Assembly (NCBI GenBank): GCA_963514005.1 | Contig: OY740820.1 | Coordinates: 23,188,001 to 23,252,000, forward strand | Direction of reading: 5' to 3' | Length of the DNA: 64,000 nucleotides | Origin: Raja brachyura | Lineage: Eukaryota | Part shown: positions 1-12,149 of the stretch, one piece after another | How the letters are laid out: each line of letters begins with the position of its first letter | Position numbering within the stretch: position 1 is the stretch's first letter | Position numbers and translations under genes: made by a program | The notes under the pieces: model-generated | Told to the model about the DNA's origin: nothing | What the model saw: only the letters and a program-made list of their open reading frames with translations | The model's database searches: none

Positions 1-384
1 CAATGGTATTGCCGAGGACCACCTGCAGTTTTTCCTGTCTCCACCACTTTGCTGCCCCTTTGATGTATGGTTGCAAGCTGTTGAACAAGATCCAGCTGCA
101 GAAACACTTTTCTATATTAATTTCAGCTCTCCTAACCCAAATGTAAAAAAATTAAGATAAGCCAGTAAAAGAACAGATCCTCGGTCTGAAGTGCTATCAT
201 ATACTTTAACATTTATATTCTAAAAAAAAATGGCCTGTTACTAATAGTTTATTTGTGTTACTGCCACATTGTTAGTCCTATTGAAGTATGGTGCAAATGC
301 TGGCACAAAGACTATCCGTTTGCAAGATGGTATCAATTGTGTTCATCAACATAGGTCTTCAGTTAATTGGCTTGGTAAAAGTTA

Positions 385-471
385 AAAAATGTCCTTGGTG
401 AGTTAATGTGCTAATATGCGGGGATCGCTGGTTGGAAAGGGCCTGTTTCCGCGCTGTATCTCTAAACTAAA
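385..471 (+). mobile_element. 3' end of HE1-like V-SINE / CR1-derived tail
   Basis: aagggcctgtttccgcgctgtatctctaaactaaa tail; the same motif recurs at 34929. Confidence 0.55.
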
Positions 472-694
472 GTGCAACAATCAATTGGATCATTTCATTC
501 CTAGTTTCAATGAAAATCAAAAGCTTGCACAATCTAGAATCTAAATATAAACAGAAAATGGAGGATGCACTCAGCTGTGCAGCAGCATCTGTGGAAAGAA
601 AAACAGGGTTAATCTTTCAGATCCGAGATTCTTCATCTGAATTGCTATTAGAAGTAAGTTGTCAGTAAAGGAAATGCAACTTTTGTTTTTGTAG

Positions 695-829
695 ATTCTC
701 TCCATTGGTGTATTGGATATCTTTGGCTTTGAGGACTATGAGAATAACAGCTTTGAACAGTTCTGTATTAACTTTGCGAATGAGCGACTTCAGCACTACT
801 TCAATCAACATATCTTCAAAATAGAGCAG
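695..829 (+). CDS. MYO9A: MYO9A exon A (motor, switch II/relay): [45 protein letters not shown]
   Basis: tttgtag| acceptor, CAG|gtaaaa donor, 135 nt, phase 0/0. Confidence 0.96.
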
Positions 830-929
830 GTAAAATTGAGTTCATGATTCTTATTCCCTGAAAGAGAAACTCAACATTGCATCATCCTAGGCGAGGTTTC
901 CAGTTAGATTTGTTGGTATTTTAGTCTTA

Positions 930-1137
930 TGGGCCTGTCCCAATTAGGCGATTTTTTTGGCGACGACAGGCGACTGCCGCAACATTTTCAACATGTTGAA
1001 CAATTGTCGACGTCAGTGGCGACAATTTTTGCTGGCGTAGTTATTGTCGTAGGTTGTCGTCAGGTGTCGTAGGTGGTTTCCATTAAAAACTAGTCCATGG
1101 CAGTCGCCTAAAGAGTCGCCTAAGTGGGACAGGCCCA
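930..1137. mobile_element. PIF/Harbinger-type MITE
   Basis: 22-bp TIRs (tgggcctgtcccaattaggcga / tcgcctaagtgggacaggccca, 1 mismatch), flanked by TTA on both sides; internal ggcgac/gtcgcc repeats. Confidence 0.85.
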
Positions 1138-1699
1138 TTATTTTCTGCATAATTCTATGAGGACATCAACATTGATGAGGTGGGTAGGATTGCCACAGTA
1201 TGGTTTTACTCATTGGGAAATCTGTAGTACTAATCCAAACCCTCCATCCCACTACACCCTCCTTTACACCTAATTTCCCCCCCCCCCCCCCCCTTCACAT
1301 ATCTAATCATTTCACAATTTTACAGCTAAATTTACTTCTCAAAGCTATTTAATTCTATTTAATGTCCCCTATATTTGTGTCCTCTTCAAAGTTTGGTCTC
1401 ACTTCTCTTAGACCCAGAATGAATTATTTGAATGTAATAATTTAAAGTTCACAAAATGTTACCATGATGTTTCCCATGGCTGTGATTTCCAGAACCTATG
1501 GTGTCAGTCTCAAACAAAACATGGGGTCTTCCTTTAGGGTCTGAGATGAGAAGAGACGGCTTTGTCCAGTATGTTGTAAATGTTTGGAATTCTTTGCCCA
1601 ATAAGTCTGTGAATGCTCAGTTGCAACCTATATTTAAGGCAGAGATGGATTCTATGACCTTTAAGGAATCAAAGAATGATTTATTGCATAGCAGAATGT

Positions 1700-2260
1700 G
1701 CATATGGTATTGGCATTTGTTTATCAATGTCATGTGTACCGAGATATGGTGAAAAGCTTTAGGCTGTGTGCTATCCAATTAAATCACATCATACTATACA
1801 TGAATACAAGCCATGCGTAGAACAAAGAGAAAAATACCAGAGTGTAGAATATAATTTACAGTAATGTAGCATTACAGTTCCAGAGAAAAGACCCAATGTC
1901 TGCAAAGAGGTAGGTTGGAAGATTAGCACTACATCCTAACTTGTGGGAGAACATTCAGGTCCGATAACTGAGTGGGAGAAGCCGTTCCTGAGTCTGTTTT
2001 TGTATCTTCTGCCTGGCAGCAATGGGGGTTAGAGAGAAAAGATAGTTGATTATGTTGCTGCTTGCCCGAGGCAACGTGAAGTGTAGATGGAGTCGATGGT
2101 GGAAGTCTGGTCTGATGGACTGGGCTACATCCACAATTCTGCAATTTCTCTTGTGGTTTTGGGCAGAACTGTTCCCAAACCAAGCTGTGATGTATCTTGA
2201 TTGTATGCTTTCTATGGTGCATCTGCAGAAGATTGTGAGAGATGTTAGAGACATATCAAA
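1700..2260 (-). mobile_element. Rex1/Babar-like LINE 3' fragment (decayed)
   Basis: Minus-strand translation TIESIQSRYITAWFGNSSAQNHK...VDVAQSI resembles the Rex1/Babar RT C-terminus; boundaries approximate. Confidence 0.65.
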
Positions 2261-2607
2261 ATGGGCTATTCTTGGGTTCATTCATGTGAATTGAGACACA
2301 CGACAATATGGTTTACTCTTAACCATTAGGTTATTTCAGAGGGCAGATTGAAGTGGGCAATATTTGCCCACAGGCATCCACATCCCCCAAATGACTAATA
2401 GGAATACTGTGGGTGGTCAGCCTTTGGCAAGTTGTGTCATCATCATCACCATCTTTTAAAATAATGTTGTGCAGATGACAAATTAATTTAGTTCTCAGTC
2501 TGCAGTTAACAGAATTATGAATTTCACCACCTTTTCTTGATTGCTACTTGGATCAGTCCTATTTCTCACAATATAGAATGTGGGATAGTGAAGCACAGGA
2601 ACAGGCC

Positions 2608-2826
2608 AAAGGTAGACACGCAATGCTGGAATAACTCAGCGGGACATGTAGCATCTCTGGATAGAAGGAATGGGTGATGTTTCGGGTCGAGACCCCTCAG
2701 AAGGCTCTCGACCCGAAACATCACCCATTCCTTCTATCCAGAGATGCTGCCTGTTCTGCTGAGTTATTCTAGCATTTTGTGTATCTATCTTCGGTATAAA
2801 CCAGCATCTGCAGTTCCTTCCTACAC
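2608..2826. mobile_element. Penelope-like element fold-back copy inserted in a CR1 tail
   Basis: About 85-bp inverted arms; cacaggaacaggcc duplicated at 2594-2607 and 2824-2837. Confidence 0.8.
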
Positions 2827-3155
2827 AGGAACAGGCCCATCAGTTCACAATGTGCAGAACGTGTTGCCAAATTAAACAAATTCCTTCTTTCTGCCTGTAC
2901 GTAATCTGTACCCTCCATACTTTGCATATCATGTGCTGATCTAAAAACCTCTTAAATGCCACTGTCGTGTCTGCTTCCATCGCCACCCCATGCAATACAT
3001 TCCAGGCACCTACCACTCTCTGCGTAAAAGGAAACTTGCTCCGCACATCCCCTTTAAAGTTTCCCCCTCTGACCTTAAAGCTATGCCCTCTGGTATTTGA
3101 CATTTCCATGCTTAGAAAAAGATTCTGACTCTCCTGTTTATGCCTCTCATAATTA
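2827..3155 (-). mobile_element. CR1 LINE 3' fragment
   Basis: TRGHSFKVRGG..FTQRVVGAWN motif (ORF 2840..3109). Confidence 0.85.
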
Positions 3156-4509
3156 ATTATACTATATGCGATTGAATATTTTTTTAAATACTATCCTTGT
3201 TCCTTTGGTTAGAGACAATATCTTATTAAAATGTTGCCCACTCTTGCTTCATTGCAACTGTTTCATATTGAAGCTGTTCTACCAAGTGCCACTTTAAGGA
3301 AAAATGTGACAACTGGATATTGGTACCCGATTACTTTAGAAGCTATTTAATACTAGTGTTCACAATCCTCGTGGCTCTGTGCCAATAATTCAAACAATAT
3401 TGTTTTTCTTCAATGTTCTGTTCCTTCTACGGTCACACACAAAGTGAGATTTTTTTGTTTCTTGTAGCATACCCGAAGTTAGTGTCACATGAAGTGTTCC
3501 ATGAAGCAGCAGCTGACATTTCAGGTTCTTTGTTTTGTTGTTCAATAAGCTGCATTTTTTGCATTCAAATATTACAGAAAGTCTTCTGTCTATTCTTGGT
3601 CAGCTGCTCCTGCATTGTAGGCATGCCCTGCGAGTCAATCTGAATGAATTCATTCATCAGGCAGCATTGCATGAGGTACAGTCATACTCTCCTACAATTA
3701 GATTATAAAGCAGACATGGCTACAGCTCTCAAATTTAAACTGCAGCTAATTGTTAACCACTCTTTCGGGCGTTCTTTCATGTTCCTTGTTCATAATTGAA
3801 ACCGTCTCAGAGGAACTTTTGACTTCTATTTCCCGGCAAAGTTTTGCGCAATGTATTCATAAAACAAAAAGTGAAATTTCTCCTGGGATATTACAATTTT
3901 ACCCTGTCAGGAGAAGCATGGAGAGGAAAATAACATTAATTTCAATGACAAAAACTGGAAAACAGATATTTGCATCTCCCAGCAATTAATTCTTGAATAA
4001 AAGCTTTGAAAATGCTTGAGATAATCAGCAGGTTTGGGCAGCATCTATGGGGAGAGGAGTAGTTAATGTTTCAAGATGATGATATGGAACCTAGGATGAA
4101 CCTCAGACGATAATATGGAACTGCACAGAAAAGAGCCCTTCTTGCTCACAGTGTTAGTGTTAAACATGCCAAGTTAAGCTGATCTTACAAGTAAAAAATT
4201 AGTTTTGAATTTTTAGCATTTTTAATATCCCAAAAGAAATTTTAAAGTATTATTTCACTGTACCTTGGTACACATGACAAACTAAACTGAACTGTTAATA
4301 AACTAACACGAGACAATAAACTAAACTGGTCAGGCCCTTAAATAGGTAAGCAGTTTATAGGACAACAATTCGCCATAGACACCAACAGCAAGGAATGATA
4401 TGCGTGCCAGCGTCTTTTGGTCCATAAAAAATAGCACTGTGGACAATAAATGTTGACATTTCCAGCAACATCCATGTCGTGAATTAACAATAAAGATACA
4501 TGTACATTT

Positions 4510-4593
4510 GGCCTCAACCCGAAACGTCACCATTCCTTCTCTCCGGAAATGCTGCCTGTCTTGCTGAGTTACTCCGGCATTTTGTGTCTATCT
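4510..4593 (+). mobile_element. Short Penelope-like element copy
   Basis: cccgaaacgtcaccattccttctctcc...gctgagttactcc...tttgtgtcta; flanks tacatgtacat / tacttgtacat. Confidence 0.75.
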
Positions 4594-5419
4594 ACTTGTA
4601 CATCGAAGGGTGTGAGGATGTACAGACAAGATATGCATATTTAAACCACATGTCCACCCTTATTAACAGTACTGTTTTGATATTGAAGCATAGAATGTGG
4701 AAGTATGTATTAATATCACAGTGTAGGATAAGCCATTTTCTTTGCATGATGGCTTGGACATATTGATTTCCCTCATCACACATCTACCATGATGTCAGTT
4801 GACAATTGATTTATCAGTACAGTACTGAGCCAGAAGCCAAGAAAGTGCCAGACTGAATTCCCGACATATATCAGGCCACCTACGCTCGACAGCATCGGCA
4901 GTTAAAATTCCAAGTTGTTTATTGCTTTACTCAGTATGGATTTGCACATGGGCAGCAGTAGCATACATACATTTCAGTTACTCTATCAGAATGATGTACA
5001 TTAAAGAATGTAAGATGCTTGTTTCCACTATTACTAGCTTTCTCCTTTCTCCCCAAAAAAAACAAAATCAATTAAGTGATCCATCATTGCACTCAAGGGA
5101 AGTTCTCTTTGTGTGTTGTAATTTAAAAATTTCAAGATCAACATTCATGAGGAAGTGAGAAGTGATATATTTAGTGCATAACTAATAAGATGACCCAGTT
5201 TATAATCCTCCAAATGGATTCATCTCAAAGCTGCAAGGACACAGTTGTGAATATTTCCTTTCTGTAATTTCTAACCTACATGCACAACCGACCCATCAAC
5301 AATGCAAATTTCAAACTCTTTGGATTCTGTTTAAGTCACAGTGTTGCTTTCCTCCTCTCTTCGCAATTTCCACCAGGCTTTTTTATTCCTCATTATATGG
5401 GCATATATTTCTCAATATT

Positions 5420-5640
5420 TTCACACAAAGGGTGGTGGGTGTATGGAACAAGCTGTCAGGGGAGGTAGTTGAGGCTGGAACTATCCCAACATTTAAGAAA
5501 CAGTTAGACAGGTACATGGATAGGACAGGTTTGGAGGGATATGGACCAAATGCCGGCAGGTGGGACTAGTGTAGCTGGTTCATGTTGGCTGGTGTGGGCA
5601 AGTTGGGCCGAAGGGCCTGTTTCCACACACTATCACTCTG
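5420..5640 (+). mobile_element. CR1 LINE 3' fragment
   Basis: cacacaaagggtggtgggtgtatggaacaagctg...gggccgaagggcctgtttcc tail. Confidence 0.8.
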
Positions 5641-8600
5641 TGGCCTGTTGTACATCCTCAATTTCCTTATTATTGGTCAGGCCATTACAGTACACTTTAG
5701 AAGTTATATTCCCTGACGCCTTTGTCTCATCCATTTTAATATAGTCCCTGGTTTGTCATCTTGACTGTGTTATTGGATCTTTCGCCCATTACTGCTTTTT
5801 GTAACTCTTATAAAGTTTTGTCTGGCAGTCCTCCTGTGAAACATTTGTTGTCTTATGACACAAGATAAATGTAAGTGGTTCTTGTTATTTATTACCAGTT
5901 GCTGAACCACAAGCGTATTTCAATTTCAGTGCAATCAGTTCAAAAATATTTTAGATGATATGAACATTTTTCTCTTTGCATTTCCCTTGCGTTTTTTCCT
6001 ACCAACTCGACTTAATCGCACTTATGCTCTTGTCCACTCTTCTCTATTCACCCTCTTGGCCAGTTGATAAAGGCAAGGATGCCAACACCCAAATGAAAAG
6101 CAATGCAACCTTGTGGCAGTATGAATGGGAGAGAGGGAGGGGAAAAGCTAAGATGGGGAGTAGATGCAAGTATTAGATTCAAATTCAGAGCAACATATGA
6201 AGATGTATGTGCAGATGGCATTGAAGGGAATTATTCCACACATACAAGAATGACGCTATGAAAGAGATTGGTTTAATCCAAGGACATCAGATTTATGGAA
6301 TAATTTACTAGAAACGGATTTTGAGGCAGGCATGATAAATAGGTTTGAAGGTTTGGTGGGATTAATTTTTTAAAAGGCAGACATCTGATGTGTGCGAAGG
6401 TGAGCACTTGTTCTTTTTCTCATGGAATAACAATCTTGCAGTTGTTACTTAATTTAAGAAACCCTTGACAGCAGTGAACAAAGGATGTTGAATACTGATG
6501 AATGTTTAATTTAGTGCCACTTGACTTTAGGTTAATGGAGTGGCGTAGAAAAGATAAAATGAAGCATATTTACAGATTTTGTGTGTGGTGTGCGGAGGTC
6601 AAGTAGGACTGTGCTTTATCTGTAAGCTTTGAAAAATGTTAAAGCAGTTCAAAGTAGCAGTTGATGTAAACTTGACTGTGTGAATGTTCTCAAGGGAGGG
6701 AACATAAAATATGTTGGTTGCCCAGAACTGCCTTGCTGTACTGTCTGCGCACTTGCCTGGGTTGTTTGTTTTGATCCAATTTTAAATAGTTTAAAAGCTT
6801 TTATGCCATCTGTGTCCCAAACACTATTGGTGCTTAGCCACTTAACAGCCTTGCCCGATCCTTCACCACATGTCTCAAGGGAATAATGCAATATTAATAC
6901 ATGGCAGTCTCCTTAAATGGTCAAGATTTATCATTGAATACTATATTTCCTTATAAATTCAGTCTTTCCAGCTGTTCAATATTTTGGTTTAAATACATTT
7001 CAACAACTTGCTATATGATGGTGTTATTGGAAAGAGATTTTGAATATTGACACATTTATGTTTTCAGACAGATGAATAAACAGCTTTTGTCTGCGACTTA
7101 TACTTTGCATTTCTAAATTTTTGTCTTCATAAATTCCAAGAAATGCTAAATTCCAGAGCGTGGAAATATTACAAATGCCTTTCATATTAATAACCCTATG
7201 AGACTTTATTTTTAAAGAGAGCTTGCTGGAACATAAAAACACATTACATTACTGTTGTTTTGTTGGCTGGAGTTGGGCCATGTCACTTTGGCAAGCAGTT
7301 TGAAACCTAAAGGGATGAAACAGAATTTTAGATGAGGTCATATATGGTAGCAGTGATTCCATGTGATGCCCTCCCTCTGCAGACTGGCTCATTATATACA
7401 CACTGCATAGTTAAGCAGTAAAGGAGGAATAGTCACAGCTGCCTCTCCCTTGCGTTTAAATTTGCTGAGTGATGGGGGTGGGGCGTGTTGGGTTAATGAC
7501 AATGCAAGCCCTGTTTTAGTTGTGCAACTTTATAGAAGGGCAAACAAAAAAATCATGTGCATTTATATGTATGTACTTAAGAAATAGATATCTTCTTTAT
7601 ATGCTGCAAGTTAAAGGGGAGGACAAGACTTTCATATTGGTGTCACATGCATCCAGATACAGTGAAATGCTTTGCAAACTATTCAGTCAAATCATACTAT
7701 ACATGAGTACAATCCAGCCATACTCAAGTAAACATGTAGATAAAAAGAGGAATGCCAGACTACAGAAGAGAGTGTTACTGCATTATGCAGTTACAGAGAA
7801 AAAGTGCAAGGTCTGCCATGAGTTAGGTTGGACGATCGGGCTCTAGATCCACTCTAGATTATGGGAGAATCATTGAGTGGCAATAATGGGGGAGAAGCTG
7901 TTCCTGAATCTGGTGGGACATGCTTTCTTGAATCTCCATCTCCACAGCACAGTGGATGCACCTTTAGAGCTTTAACAAGATCAAATAAAGAGCTGCTTTT
8001 AAAAGCAGTTGGTTGAAGAACGACTATTGGGAGAGTTCCTTGCACACGTTTGAATAATGTAAAGTTAGTGATGATTGCCAAACAAGTGGAGCTTGCAGTT
8101 GGGCTGGTTTTGGTTCAATTACTCATACATTATTTTGCCAGAATACAAGGATTCCCACACTTCTCACCACATAAGAGGAGGTAGTTTGGGCCATTGAGTC
8201 TGTTGCAGTTCTCAATGCAATTCCATCAATTCCTTGATCCCGCTTATTTCCCTGCACACCACTCTTCCTCACATGCCCACCAAATCCACCTTGATACTGC
8301 CGCTGCCCACCTACATAAGTGGTGATTTACAGTAGTCAATCAACGTGCCAACAAGCATGACCTTGGAGACATGAGACTGCAGAAGCTGGAATCTAGAGCA
8401 AAAAAAGGAGCATGTTCATGGGATGTGGTAGGAAATCATAACATTTGAGGGAAACCCATGTGGTCACAAGGAAAATGTGTAAACTCCATGTAACCATACT
8501 GAAGAGTAGGACCATACCCAGATTGCTGGAGCTGCCAGGCAGCAATGTAACTGATATATTTATTCATTTAAAATTTATTTTTGGGGTCTTGCCATTGGTA

Positions 8601-8813
8601 GCAAGGTAATGGTAAGCTGCCATGTATCACCATGACAAAGGAACACCCATTGTACCATAGGGGTGGACTTTCAAGGTGTAGATCCAGTGACAATGAAAGA
8701 TATATTTCTAAGCCAGCGAGATGTGAAATTTGGAGGGGAATATGCAGGCTGGGTTCCAATTCCTTATGTAGTTACGTAGGTGGTTTGGGAGGTACTTTTG
8801 ATCTTCGGGTCGA

Positions 8814-8945
8814 GATCTTCAGAAGGGTCTCGACCCAAAACGTCACCCTTTCCTTCTCTCCATAGATGCTGCCTCACCCGCTGAGTTTATCCAGTATTTT
8901 TGTCTACTTTCGATTTTTCCAGCATCTGCAGTTCTTTCTTAAACA
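8814..8945 (+). mobile_element. Penelope-like element copy with short 5' inversion
   Basis: ttcgggtcgaga inversion, then agaagggtctcgacccaaaacgtc...gcagttctttcttaaaca. Confidence 0.75.
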
Positions 8946-9105
8946 CTTAATCTATCAATATCTCTTTTCTGGCTCTCACAACTTGCTAACTTACCTATCT
9001 TCATTTCATCAGGAATTTGACCGAGTCCACTCTGTCTCATTCTGTTTGTCATTTTTGATTACAAGTGGTTGATTTACCTGCAACACCTCACTTGTTATTG
9101 TAAGC

Positions 9106-9200
9106 TCAGTCTGAAGAAGGGTCTCGACCCGAAACGTCGCCTATTCCTTCTTTCCATAGATGCTGCCTCACCCACTGAGTTTCTCCAGCATTTTTGTCTA
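9106..9200 (+). mobile_element. Short Penelope-like element copy with intact hammerhead core
   Basis: Same family as 27528-28181; flanked by acttgtta(t/c)tg direct repeat (9090-9100, 9201-9211). Confidence 0.8.
9111..9138 (+). ncRNA. Minimal type-I hammerhead ribozyme motif (PLE type), sense to MYO9A pre-mRNA
   Basis: CTGAAGA + A + stem II GGGT-CTCG-ACCC + GAAA + CG + TC; ACGT palindrome replaces stem III; stem I very short. Confidence 0.65.
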
Positions 9201-10824
9201 ACTTGTTACTGATAGTTAATCTAAAAATTACCTATTTATCCTGACACCATTTCCTGTCATTAGCCACTACGCTGTCCATGCCAGTTTATTATTCCAACTG
9301 GTGCATTTTTCTTATGCAGCAGCCTTTTCTGTGGGACCTCATTGAATGCCTTTTGGAACGCCAAATATACTACTTTTATTAACTCCCTCTTTCCACCCTG
9401 TACTGGTATATGAACTATTTATAAAGGATCAGGATACTCAAAGCTACTTGCAGTTAATGACAACACACCATTTATGGTCCAAGCTGCATGTTTTCCATGC
9501 ATGTTAATTTTGTGATTTGTGTACCAGCACTTTTCAGTTGCATTCCATTTAAATATCAATTATTGAATTATTTTTTCCCAACCAAAATGAATTCTCACAT
9601 GTTTCTACATTTGTTTCTATTTGTGCGTCTGCACCCATTCACTTTGTCTGTTCTTAACTCACACTATTGCCTTGCTCAGTATCATCCACAGACATTGTAA
9701 ATATTCCACATGATCTCTTCATCCGTATCATTGATAGAGACGATGAACAGCTGAGTCTCAGCACAAATGTCTGCAGCCTTCAAACTGAAAATTACCCTTT
9801 GCCCCATGTCTATGAACCGATCTCCAATCCACACCAGTATATCATCCCTATCAGTGCACAGACATTCTGCTTGATAGTTTTTTTAATATAGTCCCTTACT
9901 GAAGGCCATCAAGCATATCTCAACTAATTTGCCCTTATCCATTCTGTTAGTTACAAACTAAAAAAAAAGCTTTACCAATTTGTCAAATGTGATTTATTTT
10001 CTGTAAATCCATGTTGGCTTAAAGCAAATCTGTCACTATTTTGTAATTGACATATTACTACTTCATAATGGGCTCCACTTTTTCTTGCTACTGCTGCCAG
10101 CTAACTGGTGTATAGATGTTTGCTGCTTCTCTCTCTCGTAGATAGTGTGGTTACATTTGTTACCTTTCAACCTGTGGATATCATCCTAGAATCAATGGAA
10201 TTTGATCACCAGTGCATCCACAATCTCTGTTACTTCCGCTCTATGAAAGTCTTGTGAAGAGTTTCAAAGGGAGAACGTTTGTAATGATGGTCTGTAGATC
10301 AAACCTATAATTTCCATGGTTCTAAACTTAATATTCCATGACTGGTTGGTGTTGTTGGGGATGTGAATCTAGGACCCAGGCATCAAAAGCAGGTTCAAAA
10401 TTAAGCTTGGGTGTAAAGGTAAAAAAAAAGTGAATCTCAGAGTCAGGAGATTGTGTCACATTATTTCAGAATTAGACTACAGAAGGTGAGGCAAGACCAT
10501 GAGGCATTTCATTTCATTGCACATCTTGTATGTGTATGTGACGAATAAACTTGACTTGAGACCCAAACCATTCGAATGTGTATTTGTAATTAAGATAGGA
10601 AATTAGGGCACAATTATTATTACAAGTATTGGGAGGTACATTTAATGACAGCTGGCAGAAAACCAAAAACTGCCTCCAGAACAAAGTGCTGCTGAGTGTT
10701 AAAATAGTCAATAGAATAAAATAAAGTCCATACGGCCAATATTTTGGAATTATAAAGTGATGTCTTCAGATACATTAAACTTTTTACAATTAAGTTGTGC
10801 AAGTTGGTGATTCATCATGTCATA

Positions 10825-11170
10825 GATCAAGTCATACAGCCTGGAAACTGGCCCATATGGCCCAACTTGGCAATAACAACCAAGATGCCCAACGACTCCA
10901 AACCCACCTGCCCACGTATGGCCAATATCCCTCTAAACCTTTACTATCCATGTACCTGTTCAAGTGTCTTTTAAATGCTGTAATGGCACCTGCCTCAACT
11001 GCCTTGTCCGGCTGCTCGTTCCATATACCCACAACCCTCTGTGTGGAAAAGATTGCCCCTTCAGGAATCTCCTCTCACCTGAAACCTATGTCCTCTGGAT
11101 CTTGATTTCCCTACTATGCATAAAAGACGGTGCATTCACCCTATCTATTCCCCTCGTGATTTTATACGCA
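10825..11170 (-). mobile_element. CR1 LINE 3' fragment
   Basis: GIWNEQPDKAVEAGAITAFKRHLNRYMD (ORF 10832..11032). Confidence 0.8.
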
Positions 11171-11426
11171 AGTTAATTATGAACATAACATTTTTGATTA
11201 ACATTCATGAATATTCCCAATTGTGCAAAGTACCTCACTTAAATGGAGGCATTAATACCTGTTCTCCCAGCATTGAAGGTGTACGTTGGAAAGGCTGTGG
11301 AAGAAAAAGTGAAATACAAATGCTATTTCATGTCCTGCATGTTCCTGGATGAATAATTTCCCAGTATTTTGGATTCTGTGGTTGTTTTGCCATTCTCTAA
11401 TCTCAATTGAATCATTTGTACTACAG

Positions 11427-11548
11427 GAGGAGTACAGGACAGAAGGCATCAGTTGGCACAATATTGATTATATTGACAACAGTGGTTGCATTAATCTCAT
11501 CATCAAGAAACCCACAGCTTTGCTCCACCTACTGGATGAGGAGTGCAA
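11427..11548 (+). CDS. MYO9A: MYO9A exon B: [40 protein letters not shown](N)
   Basis: ctacag| acceptor, AA|gtaagt donor, 122 nt, phase 0/2; myosin LLDEE motif. Confidence 0.96.
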
Positions 11549-12149
11549 GTAAGTACCAAGCACTTGGGTAGCTCAAATCCAAACGATATGAACACTAGAT
11601 TCTCCAATTTTAAGTATGCACTCCACTCCTCCTTTCTTTTCTGCGCCACCCTAACCTAGTCCTCCATCATTTCTTCCACTATCCCACCTTAGACATCGTG
11701 CTCCATTACCCTTCTTCATACACTCTCACCCCCCGCCCCCCCCTTTCCCTTCCCCTCCCCATTTTACCCGCAACTGGAACAAAGCTTCCCCATTCATGAA
11801 TCCAACCATTTAGCAATAAAGGCCAACATGTTGTTTGCTGCCATAACTACTTGTTGGAGCTGCCTGCTAACTTTGTAATCCATGCGCTTCAACAGCGAGA
11901 TCCCTCTGAACCACTCATTTGCAGTCAGTCTTCATATAGATGATAAACATCCTTTAGATTCCTCCTACCAAAGTGGTAGGAGCCACTATCAGACCCTGCA
12001 TTCTCCCACATTCATTTCAATTTGCCAGTCTTTCTCCCAATCACTTCATCAAGCTGTAAAATCACGACGTCTCATTACACCCTTAACCTGCACCTGTTTT
12101 CCTATCATTGGTAAATCTGGGAACATTATACTGTGCTCCCTCCTCCAGG

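Noticed and set aside
437-450. aagggcctgtttcc as a Harbinger TIR
   Set aside because: It resembles the MITE TIR but is the common CR1/HE1 3' tail motif and has no inverted partner.
1277-1293. Poly-C tracts (also near 39256 and 40290) as functional G-quadruplexes
   Set aside because: Simple homopolymers of unreliable length; nothing supports function.
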